DNA of 64,000 nucleotides from the human T2T-CHM13v2.0 reference genome, Homo sapiens, in assembly GCF_009914755.1 (NCBI RefSeq), contig NC_060943.1. One strand, written 5' to 3'. The position numbers and the translations under genes are program-made. The stretch's first letter is position 1, and each line of letters opens with the position of its first letter. The notes under the pieces were generated by a model. That model did no database searches and was not told where the DNA came from. It saw only the letters and a list, made by a program, of their open reading frames with translations. Positions 26,800 to 51,304 of this stretch are shown here, piece after piece.

Positions 26800-27352
26800 G
26801 GAGATTCCACTTTTGTTGCCCAGGCTGAAGTGCAATGGTACAATCTCACCTCACTGCAACCTCCACCTCATGGATTCAAGTGATTCTCCTGCCTCAGTCT
26901 CCTGAGTAGCTGGGATTACAGGCACGTGCCACCATGCCCGGCTAATTTTTGTATTTTTAGTAGAAAAGGGATTTCGCCATGTTGGCCAGGCTGGTCTCAA
27001 ACTCCTGATCTCAGGTGATCTGCCTGCCTCGGCCTCCCAAAGTGCTGGGATTACAAGCGTGATCCACCACGCCCGGCCTCCATTGCTTTCTGTTCCCAGT
27101 CCCCGACACACACATCTAAAAAGGCAAGTTCGACGAGAGCCAGGATTTTTATCTGTCCCGTTTCTGGTTGTATCCCTGACACCTAGAACAGATGAGAGTT
27201 CTTGACACAGAGTATGAACTCCATAAATATTTTTAGGCCGAGCATGGTGGTTCACGCCTGTAGTCCCAGCACTTTGGGAGGCCAAGGAGGGAGGATTGCT
27301 TGACCCCAGGAGTTTAAGACCTGCCTGGGCAACATAGGAGATGCTGACTCTA

Positions 27353-27493
<141 letters not shown>

Positions 27494-27591
27494 CTAGGCA
27501 ACAGAATTAGACCCTGTCTCTAAAAGAAAAAAATAAAAAATACTTAAAAATTAGATCAATGAATGAATGAATGAAAAAGTGTTTGGGACTA

Positions 27592-27759
<168 letters not shown>

Positions 27760-27762
27760 TCA

Positions 27763-28600
<838 letters not shown>

Positions 28601-28758
28601 TAATTAAAAAATTCTGCACATAACATTTTATGATGAGGCCAGGCGTGATGGCTCACGCCTGTAATCCCAGCACTTTGGGAGGCTGAGGCAGGTGGATCAC
28701 TTGAGGGTAGGGAGTTCAAGACCAGCCTGGGCAACATGGAGAAACCCCATCTCTACTA

Positions 28759-28971
<213 letters not shown>

Positions 28972-29266
28972 TTATTATGGAAACAGTTATAACCTACAGA
29001 AAAGTAGAGAAAATCATATAACGAAACCCCACGTACTCATCATTCAGCTCATTCCGCTTCAGTGTGAAACATTTTTGCCGTTCCTCTTTTGTTTACGACT
29101 CCATCCGCACTTAGTTATATTTTGCTACAGTGTTTAATAGTACATCTGGTGCTTCTTAAAAATGGAAATGATTTTTTTTTGGCTGCAGTAATGGTATCAT
29201 ATGTTCTCTAAAGAATTGATACTGTGCTGAAAATACAAAAAAAAAAAAAACAACATAAATGGGTCA

Positions 29267-29377
<111 letters not shown>

Positions 29378-29667
29378 CTACAAAAAATAAAATACAAAAA
29401 ATTAGCCAGGTATGGTGATGTGTGCCTGAGGTTCCAGTTACTGGAGGGGCTCAGGCAGGACGATCGCTTGAACCCCGGAGTTGGAGGCTGCAGTGAGCTA
29501 TAATTGTACCACCGCACTCCAGCCTGGGCAACAGGGCAAGAACTCCATCTCAAACAACATAAATGTCATTCATCATTGCAATTCTCATGCAACTGATGTT
29601 AAAGTTTGGTTCTATATCCTCCTAGACACTTTACACAGATACTTTTGCAAAAGTAGGAGTATACCAT

Positions 29668-30020
29668 TGTAACAGGAATGCCACACCAAAGGTTGCTGCC
29701 TAGCCATGAGAACACCTCTCCTGAGTGGTCCAAGCTGGTGGTCAGAGATGAGCACCTAGAGGCATCTTTGTCACCCAGCAGACTAGGCTCTCCACTTTCC
29801 TGCTGCTTCCTTTAAATGGACCATTCAGACATTTGCCTGTGAATTTAAAGTGATCCACACCCTTCTCCTCTGTACACCTATTCCGCTAGCTGTGATGCAT
29901 TCTCTCTCTCTCTCTCTCTGACTCTTCTTCTTCCCTGCCTTGCAGGACCCAGGGATGGAGCAGTGTCCTCACTCATTGCACTCACCCTACCCAGGATCTG
30001 TAAGTAATAAATCTTGGACC
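29668..30020 (+). mobile_element. ERVL-class LTR fragment (MER54/73/74-like), truncated by L1
   Basis: Starts TGTAACAGGAA and carries gtaagtaataaa near its 3' part; family uncertain. Confidence 0.45.
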
Positions 30021-30029
30021 TTATATATA

Positions 30030-35342
<5,313 letters not shown>

Positions 35343-35912
35343 AGAGCTTAGTCACCCTTCACCTCGAGTCCTTGATTGTGATATCTTACCGTGTTTCCTT
35401 TATCATCACCGCCTTTCACATTTATTATAACAATACCTATTATGTAGCAGACCCATTTGAGAGTAAGCTGTAGACATGATGCCCCTTTACTCCTAAATAC
35501 TGCAGTGCGTATTTCCAGAACGGGGACATTCACCTGTGTAACCACAGTGCCATTGAAATCATGAAAGTAACATCGATCTACTTCTATTATCTACAGACCT
35601 TATTCGTTTTTCCCAATTATTCCAATATGCTTTTTTTTTTTTTTTTGAGTTGGAGTCTTGCTCTGTCACCCAGGCTGGAGTGCAGTGGCGTGATCTCAGC
35701 TCACCAGAACATCTGCCTCCTGGGTTCAAGTGACCCTCGTGCCTCAGCCTCCTGAGTAGCTGGGATGACAGGCATGCGCCACCAGGCCCGTCTAATTATT
35801 GTATTTTCTGTAGAGATGAGATTTTGCCATGTTGGCCAGGCTGGTCTCGAACTCCTGACCTCAAGTAATCCGCCTGCCTCTGCCTCCCAAAGTGCTGGGA
35901 TTACAGATGTGA

Positions 35913-36158
<246 letters not shown>

Positions 36159-37426
36159 TAGTCTCAAAGTCCTGACCTCGGGTGATCCCCCCACCTCGGC
36201 CTCCCAAAGTGCTGGGATTACGGGCGTGAGCCACCGTGCCCAGCCCCCTGTGAAGTATTAAGAAGGGCACTGGGGCTTCCTGTAGCACTTGGAACAGTGT
36301 TCTCAGTGCCCATACGTGTCACCACCCTAATCTCACACAAAAAAGACCTCAGGTGATCCGCCTGCCTCTGCCTCCCAAAGTGCTGGGATTACAGATGTGA
36401 GGCACTGCGCCTGGCCTAGTCTGTTTTTCTTTTTTGTTTTCTTTTTTTTTTTTCCACTGGAGCCGGAGCTCAAGTGACTTAGGAAGCATCTCCCACGTTG
36501 GATTTTACCTTCCTTCCACCACAGCCCAGGTGATTTGCAGTTCCTGGTGGCTGGTGGTCTGTCCTGGCTCTGAGAGGAGACAAAAGGGGTGGGGGTGAGG
36601 GTGGGGAGGGGGTCCCAGCCTCTTCTCTCCCTGCTAGAGTTTAGCCCCACCCCTATTCCACACAGCCGTTCCCCAGGCTGGGACATCCCAGACCCAAAGT
36701 CCCTGGAGAGCGAGGGAGGAGGAGGAAGGGGCCCAGGGGGTGGTGGGCCTTTGCCTCTGAGCTCTCAGGGCTCTCTAAATTGGGCTGTAGAATTGGTTAC
36801 GTTGGGGATGCAGGAAGAAAAATTGACGACTTCTGCTTCTATTTTTTAAACAAAAATAAGCAAAATAAGCTTCACTGATACCGTGTGTAGAATGACAGTA
36901 GATCACAACGTAAATTTTCGATGTTTGTTTGCGATGTTTTTTCAGAAAGTTGTTATCTAATAGGGGAGTGTGACAAACGTTTAGAGACTTCTAAGGTAAA
37001 TAAAAAGGTGTGAGGGGCAGGTGGAGATTTGGGAATTGGTCGGGAACCAGGAAGCTGGCATTGATTTTTTTTTTTTTTCCAAGGCCATGAACTTTGTGGG
37101 GATGAAGGGGTCTTTGCCCAGGAAGTCACTGAGCAGTATGGCTTCTAGAAGATGCCTCCCCTGCCCCGAGCTGCCTTAACCCCGTTTGACGTTCAAAGAC
37201 GCAGGTGATGTCACCCCCTCCCACTGACAACACAGTAAGGTCCAAGTTCTCTGAGGCTTCTTGGGCCGTGGCCCAGGGAAAGCAGGTGACCCACCTCCCA
37301 GTGCCGAGTGGGCAAGGAACTCGACCCCGAGTAAGGACCAAGCATGACGGTGAGCTAGAGAGGACCTACATGCCAGGTTCGGTTCTGGGCACGTTACCCT
37401 CTATTTTCTTATTTTTATTTATTTAG

Positions 37427-37705
<279 letters not shown>

Positions 37706-38019
37706 TAGAGAGATGAGGTCTCACTCTGTTGCCCAGGCTGGAGTGCAGTGGCGATTCATAGGCATGGTCCTCATGGGCTACAGCCTCAGACTCAAACCTC
37801 AGCCTGAGTAGCTAGGACTCCATGGGTGCACTGCGCCGGGCTCAGCACCCCACAGTGGTGAGAGTTGTTACGGTGATTTAGTGTGGCCGTCGGTTACTCA
37901 GGTAGACTTGGTTTGTTGTCCTTGACTGCTGCACCGTCCTCCATAGCATGCATTTAAGATCCACATTTTATATTTGATTCCCTAAATAATGAGACAGCTT
38001 CTTGTAATCACAAACGTGA

Positions 38020-38307
<288 letters not shown>

Positions 38308-38766
38308 TAGTAGAGACAGGGTTTCACCATGTGGGCCAGACTGGTCATGAACTCCTGACCTCATGATGCTCCTGCCTCAGCCTCCCAAAGTGCTGGGATT
38401 GCAGGTGTGAGCCACCGCGCCCGGCCTACTTCGCTTAATTAAATGCTGCAGACTTTCAGCTGTCTTCTGTTCTGGTTGGAAGCCATCTCAGTCAAAACAT
38501 GGCAAAACCCCATCTCTACTAAAAATTTAAAAATACCCTGGCTCATTTTGCATTTTTAGTAGAGACGAGGTTTCACCATGTAGGTCAGGCTGGCCTTAAA
38601 CTCCTGACCTCAGGTGATCCGCCTGCCTCGGCCCTCCCAAAGTGCTGGGATTACAGGTGTGAGCCACCGCACCTGGCCCCCATTGCAGTTTGAGAGGCTT
38701 TATATAATAAAGGGCAGAGCACTCAGGAGGCTGCTCCTCTAGGGCTGCAATGGTCCAGCATGATAG

Positions 38767-39024
<258 letters not shown>

Positions 39025-39389
39025 TGATCCGCCTGCCTCGGCCTCCCAAAGTGCTGGGATTACAGACATGAGCCAGCGTGCCTGGCCCCGGCTATTTTTT
39101 TTTTTCCTTTAGACAGTCTTGCTCTGTCACCCAGGCTGGAGTGCAGGGGCGTGATGACAGCTCACTGCAGCCTTGGCCTCCCGGGCCCAAGCGATCCTCA
39201 CGCCCAGCATCTTGAGTAGCTGGGACCACAGGCATGTGCCACCATGACCAGCTAATTTTTTTTTTTTTTTTGTAGAGACACGGTCTCCTTATGTTGCCCA
39301 GACTAGTCTCAAACCCCTGAGCTCAAGCGATCTTCCTGTCTTGGCCTCCCAACGTGTTGGGATTACAGGCGTGAGCCACCACACCTGGC

Positions 39390-43900
<4,511 letters not shown>

Positions 43901-44520
43901 TTATTTGTTTACTTTGTTTAGTTTCAATGAGTTCATGCCTTTTATCCCAAAAGTCGGCTAGGATGAGGGCTATTTAGATTTTTCTAAGAGTTGAGTTGAG
44001 CTGGGGCTGGGAACAGTCTTAATTAAATTTTTCTCCACCTTCACATGGAATTAAGAGAGCTCACTTCGCCCTTGATGCCCCAACCTTCTGCACCTGCCAT
44101 CAGACTAGTTCCTTTGATGTTGTCATTGAGTTTGAGTGAGTTGGGTTGTGGCTTTAGATGTTTATGGTCTTTCTTTGTATTCAACTCCAGTGGGGCCCAG
44201 GACTCTGAGCATCATAAGACTTATACACACTTCCTCAGCAGAATTCCTGGGACTACTGTGAGGATAACTGTTGGATCAAGCAGTTGACTTATGTGTTGGG
44301 GATTCTTCAAGACTACACTACCTATTGGCAGCCCATGCTGTTATTAAATGCCTGGATGGTTTCTTCTTAGCTGTGCAAAAAGTCTGTCCACCTATGAAAA
44401 CTCTTCCACTCACCTTACCCAGATTAAGCACTTACCCACAGATATAAAAACATTCATGGCCGGGTGCAGTGGTTCACGCCTGTAATCCCAGCACTTTGCG
44501 AGGCCAAGGCGGGTGGATCA

Positions 44521-44865
<345 letters not shown>

Positions 44866-45690
44866 TTATTTTATTCATTTCAAAAGCTCCCGCTACCATC
44901 AAAGCTGGGAGGTTTGTATCCTTCAACATTCTGACTAGAAGAAAAATTCTGCTGTGAAGCATTTGTGAATCCCAATGCCTGGATGCACCCAAGACCAAGT
45001 AAGTCAGAATCTCTGGAGGAGGAACTCAGGAGCGTTTTCTCATGTTCCCCAAATGATTCAAATATACAGCCTGGGTGTATAACCACTGATTGTGGCCCCA
45101 TGAGCTGTAACAGCCTTCTTTTGTGAGTTATAGAATTGATTTTGGAATCTTCCTCCCTCTATTTGCGATTTATGGAAAGCTTAGAACAGTCGCATCTCTG
45201 AGACTATTTTCTTACCTATAAAGTGGTGGATATTATATTAGAGCATTCCTTTTTTGTTTGAGTCCGAGTCTCGCTCTGTCACATGGGCTGGAGCGCAGTG
45301 GCGTGATCTCGACTCTCTGCAGCCTCCACCTCTGCCTCCTGGGTTCAAGCGATTCTGCTGCCTCAGCCTCTAGAGTAGCTGGGACCACAGGGGCGTGCCA
45401 CCATGTCTGGCTAATTTTTGTATTTTTTAATGGGGATGGGGTTTCACCATGTTGCCCAAGCTGGGCTCAAACTCCTGACCTCAGGTGATTCATCTGCCTT
45501 GGTCTCCCAAAGTGCTGGGTTACAGGCGTGAGCCACTGTGTCTGGCCGCGTTCCTTTTTTTAATGGCTGCGAGAAGAAAGGATGTTATTATGAATGGAAA
45601 GGTCTGAAGTCTGAAGGGCCATGAAGCTGATGGATTGCTAAGGTAAAGGGAGGGGCCTTTCCTTGTACCTGTGAGGCTCTGATTACTTAC

Positions 45691-45931
45691 TTCTCAACAC
45701 AGGCGTGGCCATTGGTGGTGGCCCAGAATCCCTGCACTAGAAAGACGAGGGATGTTGTCCGCGTTGAGGTTATCAGGTTGACCAGGGCTGCAATGGCAGC
45801 CACCTTGACATAATCGTCACCTCCGGCCTTGTAGGAGGTGAAGGTGATGATGGTCCCCATGCCCAGGCTCAGGGAAGAGGGTACACGGCCCCTGCTTGAT
45901 GCCACAGGTCCAGGGAGGATAAGGCAGAGAG
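45691..45931 (-). pseudogene. SLC6A21P: SLC6 pseudogene exon F (TM6-TM7), 1-nt deletion frameshift
   Basis: Acceptor cccacag, donor gtaagt; 241 nt. LSALSSLDLWHQAG shifts at the G4 run (45889-45892) into GRVPSSLSLGMGTIITFTSY...GFWATTNGHACVEK. Unshifted reading stops at TGA 45869-45871. Confidence 0.88.
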
Positions 45932-46132
45932 CTGTGGGTGACTGAGAAGTTTTTAGGAGTGGGCTTGGAAGGGTAGGACTACCAGTAAATAAGCAGGCTA
46001 AGGGGTCGGCTAAGGTAGAGAGCAAAAGGATAAAAGGGAGGCTGGGGGCAGAAAGAAAGGAGATGTGGGGGAAGGAGACTCTGAGGTCTTGAGAGTCGAG
46101 AGAGGGAGAAGGTTTGGAGTCCCGGGCCTCAC

Positions 46133-46230
46133 CTCTGTGGTGATCATACGTCTGAGGCTCGTGACCACACCTTCCAGGAAGAGGCAGAGGAGGATGACGG
46201 AGGGGAGGAGAGGAAGACAGAGGTGAGCAT
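46133..46230 (-). pseudogene. SLC6A21P: SLC6 pseudogene exon E (TM5), acceptor degenerate
   Basis: Translates LPSVILLCLFLEGVVTSLRRMITTE followed by donor gtgagg. The expected acceptor reads cctgctg instead of cctgcag, so the 5' boundary is inferred. Confidence 0.7.
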
Positions 46231-46740
46231 CAGCAGGGGCCTCCCAGTCAGGAGTAGAAATATGAACGGTGTCAAGGTGGCCCAGAAGTAACACGATGGA
46301 ATTATGGGAGGACGATTCTAAGGAGACAATATTTGTGGTTTGGAGCAAACAATAAGCTGCCCAGGAGTCAGGGGCGAGACTCCAAGTAAAGATGGCTTTG
46401 AAAGGGTGGGTAGTTGGACACTTAATTCCCCGGCCTTGGATTTACGGCTTATGTGTGAGTTTAAGGAGAGGAAAAGAAACTGAGAAGAGACTTTGAGAGA
46501 GAATAACATAACTAAGAGGAATTTTAGTGATTTGCCCCGGAGGTAGTTGAGCTATGGCCCCTCTCTCTGCATATCCCTATCAAACCTTTAGTAAAGTCTA
46601 CTTTTGTAGGAGTGGTTTATTTTTGGAGGCTGTGAAGAGATGGCGAGCTGAGTCTCCAGGGGTGGAGATGGATGACGTGAAAGGTGACCACCTGCATGAA
46701 TGCAGGGACCAGGAGGTACAGGTAGAGTTTACCAAAATAA

Positions 46741-46989
<249 letters not shown>

Positions 46990-47287
46990 TGAACTCCTGG
47001 GCTCAATCAATCCTCCCACCTCGGTCTCCCAGTGTACTGGGATTACAGGTGTGAGCCACTGCACCCGGCCTGAAATACATTTTCTATGTAAAGGGAGCAT
47101 GATCCAGATGCCAAGGAGATGGATTGAAAGAAAATACTCCCAGGCTGGGTGTGGTGGTTCACACCTATAATCCAGGCACTTTGGGAGGTGGGTAGATCAC
47201 TTGAGGTCAGGAGTTCAAGACCAGCCTGGCCGACATGGTGAAACCCCATCCCTACTAAAAAATATAAAAGTTAGCTGGGTGTGGTCA

Positions 47288-47503
<216 letters not shown>

Positions 47504-47608
47504 TCACGAGGTCAAGAGATCAAGACCATCCTGGCTAACATGGTGAAACCCCGTCTCTACTAAAATTAGTTGGGCATGGTGGCATGTGCCTGTAGTCCCA
47601 GCTACTCA

Positions 47609-47737
<129 letters not shown>

Positions 47738-47779
47738 TTACCTGGCATGGTGGTGGGTGCCTGTAATCCCAGCTACTCA

Positions 47780-47878
<99 letters not shown>

Positions 47879-48150
47879 TCAGTCTCAAAAAAAAAAAAAA
47901 AAAGCTCCAAATGGGTACCTGGAATGGAATTGGTGCCACTCAGCTCCTTTAGGGGTTAACATGTTGTCAAAATGCAGGGAGGTGGAGGTTGCAGGACTCA
48001 GCTGGGGAGACTGTGGTCTGATCTGAAAGGTTGCCCACAGGTGTCTGCCTGCAGCGATGTGGGGATCTGGTTGATAGTGAGGCATTTCTTCACGCTGTCA
48101 ATGGGACAGCAGTTCTCTGTAGAGAGACCTGGCCGACTTAGCTTGTCTGA

Positions 48151-48419
<269 letters not shown>

Positions 48420-48575
48420 TATCTGAGCTTGTCCTCAGGGCAGGTGGAAGGGTCACAGGGATTGCAGAAGAGCAGTCAACAGGGAAGAGTTGGGCTGTGT
48501 TGGGGTGGAGAGTGTGGAAGTCTTCGGATTTGCAAAGGTGACAGGGTAGCGGGGCTGGCCGTCAGGGGAGCTTAC

Positions 48576-48733
48576 CGGCGTTGAAATCCAAATCCCTGTG
48601 ATCACGACCGAGAAGACAACCCAGGCTGCGGTTCGGGACGAGGGCTTCAGCCGCTTCTTCACTGTGGTCCGAGGCATGGAGGGTAGTGTGGTACAAGAAG
48701 TACTGGTGGGCCCAGTCTGAAGGCAAGAGACGT
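48576..48733 (-). pseudogene. SLC6A21P: SLC6 pseudogene exon D (EL2 and TM4), with two internal frameshifts
   Basis: Weak acceptor ccccgag, donor gtaagc; 158 nt. DVSCLQTGP and AWVVFSVVITGIWISTP lie in one frame; HQYFLYHTTLHASDHSEE lies in another. Confidence 0.82.
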
Positions 48734-48837
48734 CTCGGGGAGGGGACTCAGGTACCACCTTGCTCGGTGCCTACTTCTGTTCACTTCCTCCCCTTGGTGT
48801 CCCTGCCTCCCTTGGCCCTGCTGGCCCCTCTCCTCAC

Positions 48838-48955
48838 CAGTGACACTGATGTTCTTCACCAGTGGGCAGTGGTCCCAGGGCAGGGGGTGAGCAAAGGAGT
48901 AGAAGAAATTCCAGGAGATGATGGTGCTGTTGTACAAGCTCACCGAGGCGCACAC
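48838..48955 (-). pseudogene. SLC6A21P: SLC6 pseudogene exon C (TM3 and start of EL2)
   Basis: Acceptor ccccag, donor gtgagg; 118 nt. Translates VCASVSLYNSTIISWNFFYSFAHPLPWDHCPLVKNISVT. Confidence 0.9.
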
Positions 48956-49036
48956 CTGGGGGTGGACACGGTGGGCAGAGACCTGGAGACCACAGAGGGA
49001 GATCGGGGATGGCCTGGGGCTGGGTCCCTCATTTAC

Positions 49037-49194
49037 CAGACTGTGAGCATAGCTCATGCTGCACAGCCAGGGGACAAGCTGCTTCCAGACCCGGATGTTG
49101 TCCACATGCAGCCACTGCCCCATGATCACCTCCATGTATAAGAGCGGGATCCCGAATAAGAGAAGCATGAAGAAGTACATCAGGATGAAGCTGC
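49037..49194 (-). pseudogene. SLC6A21P: SLC6 pseudogene exon B (TM2 region)
   Basis: Acceptor tcccag, donor gtaaat; 158 nt. Translates GSFILMYFFMLLLFGIPLLYMEVIMGQWLHVDNIRVWKQLVPWLCSMSYAHSL. Confidence 0.92.
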
Positions 49195-49370
49195 CTGGGA
49201 AGGGAGCCAGGGGCTGTGCTCAGGCAGCCAGGAGTCCTGGCCCTGTCCCCATTTTCCCCTAGGAGCCCACGTGCCCAACCCCAGCTTTCTCCTCCTTCAG
49301 GGCCCAGGACTCCAAGCTCCCAGCCTTGAAACGCCTTCCTTAAGCTCAGGACCCAGGCCCCTGGCCTTAC

Positions 49371-49623
49371 CTCCTCCGTTCCGGTGACACAGGTAAGGAG
49401 AACGCCACACGCTGCCCAGCCCGACAGAGAAGGCAATCTGGATCAAGATGCTCTCAGTGTTTTTAGGTTGAACGAAGTAGTTTTGGGTCTTGGTGGCCTG
49501 GATCTCCTTGGTCTTGAGCCTCCAGGACAGGGAGTTGGGGGTCTGGAATTTCTTAGAAGACTCTTTCTCTGTCAGATAATTCCTCAAGGGACTCCGTGGC
49601 TCTTCTTTCAGGCCCGGTAAATC
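49371..49623 (-). pseudogene. SLC6A21P: SLC6 pseudogene exon A (N-terminus and TM1)
   Basis: Acceptor ttttctcag, donor gtaagg; 253 nt. Ends ...ILIQIAFSVGLGSVWRSPYLCHRNGG; the family signature WRFPY reads WRSPY. Confidence 0.9.
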
Positions 49624-50139
49624 CTGAGAAAATCTTGGGTCACCAAGAGCAGCAGAATTTAAAGGACACGTCTCAGGTGCCAGGCTGTGAAATTTCATAA
49701 CCAGGGCTTTGGAGAAATGAGGGCCAGAGTTTAAATCTTGGCCCTTCTCCTTATGAGTTACTAACTTATGGGCAATATACATATATATTTTTTGAGATGG
49801 GGTCTTACTCTGCCACCCAGGCTGGAGTGAGTGGCATGATCTCAGCTCACTGCAACCTCCGCCTCCCAGGTTCAAGGGATTCTCCTGCCTCACGAGTAGC
49901 TGGGATTACAGGTGTGTCCTACTATATCAGATAATTTTTGTATTTCTAGTAGAGACAGGGTTTTGCCATGTTGTCCAGGCTGGTCTCAGAACTCCTGACC
50001 TCAAGTGATCTGCCTGTCTCGGCCTCCCAAAGTGCTGGGATTACAGGTGTGAGCCGCCACACCCAGTTCTGTTTTTCTCATCTTAAAAGCAGCGGTGAAT
50101 TTCAAAATATTTAATAAAAGCTATGGTGTGAGCACTCAC

Positions 50140-50196
50140 CAATCAGAATGAATGCCAGCCATAAACACTGGAGTATCAGCTGAACACCAGTCCTGT
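50140..50196 (-). other. Candidate upstream non-coding exon of the SLC6 pseudogene
   Basis: 57 nt of non-repeat sequence between acceptor ttttaatcatttcag and donor gtgagt, about 520 nt upstream of exon A. No transcript evidence available. Confidence 0.4.
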
Positions 50197-50432
50197 CTGA
50201 AATGATTAAAATAACACAATGGAATATTGAGTGCCAAGAGCACAGTAAACAATGGATACACTCAGGTTTCTTTCCCGTTGACTTCTGGTGTACTTGGAAA
50301 CTTTTAGGCCCAACTAATGCACATAGACTTCTAGGCCAGGTTTTACAAACACAGCTGTTTATCACAGTCACTGGGGGAGCTCTAAAATGATACAGATTCC
50401 TGCCTTCCATTCTGCTAGCCTCACTCCTCTAG

Positions 50433-50696
<264 letters not shown>

Positions 50697-51044
50697 TGAT
50701 CCACCCACCTTGGCCTCCCAAAGTACTGGGATTACAGGTATGAGCCACTGCGGCCAGCCACGATGGGTAGACTTTAAAAGCTTCGTTGGGATTCCACCTT
50801 TGGAAAGGCAGCATGAGGAGCTCTATGGACCCACTCCCTAGTAAAACAAGTCAACTTGTGAGAAATATAAAGAAAAACATTTACGGTCTCTAGAAATTGT
50901 CCTAAGGGCATATAGCAAGTGACAAAATATTTATTCAAGAAAATATACTAAAATTCTGGGCAGGCACAGTGGCTCACACCTGTAATCCCAGCACTTTGGA
51001 AGGCCAAGGCAGGCAGGTCACTTGAGGTCAGGAGTTTGAGATCA

Positions 51045-51241
<197 letters not shown>

Positions 51242-51302
<61 letters not shown>
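51242..51302 (+). repeat. (TA)n(CA)n microsatellite at an Alu tail
   Basis: Seen directly. Confidence 0.95.

Positions 51303-51304
<2 letters not shown>

Noticed and set aside
45216-45567. Apparent next SLC6 exon (acceptor ttctcgcag, donor gtaaga) on the - strand
   Set aside because: The sequence is a MIR interrupted by an Alu and has no SLC6-like translation.
50111-50410. 99-aa Cys-rich ORF on the - strand
   Set aside because: Begins in MER5-like repeat sequence and has no recognisable homology.
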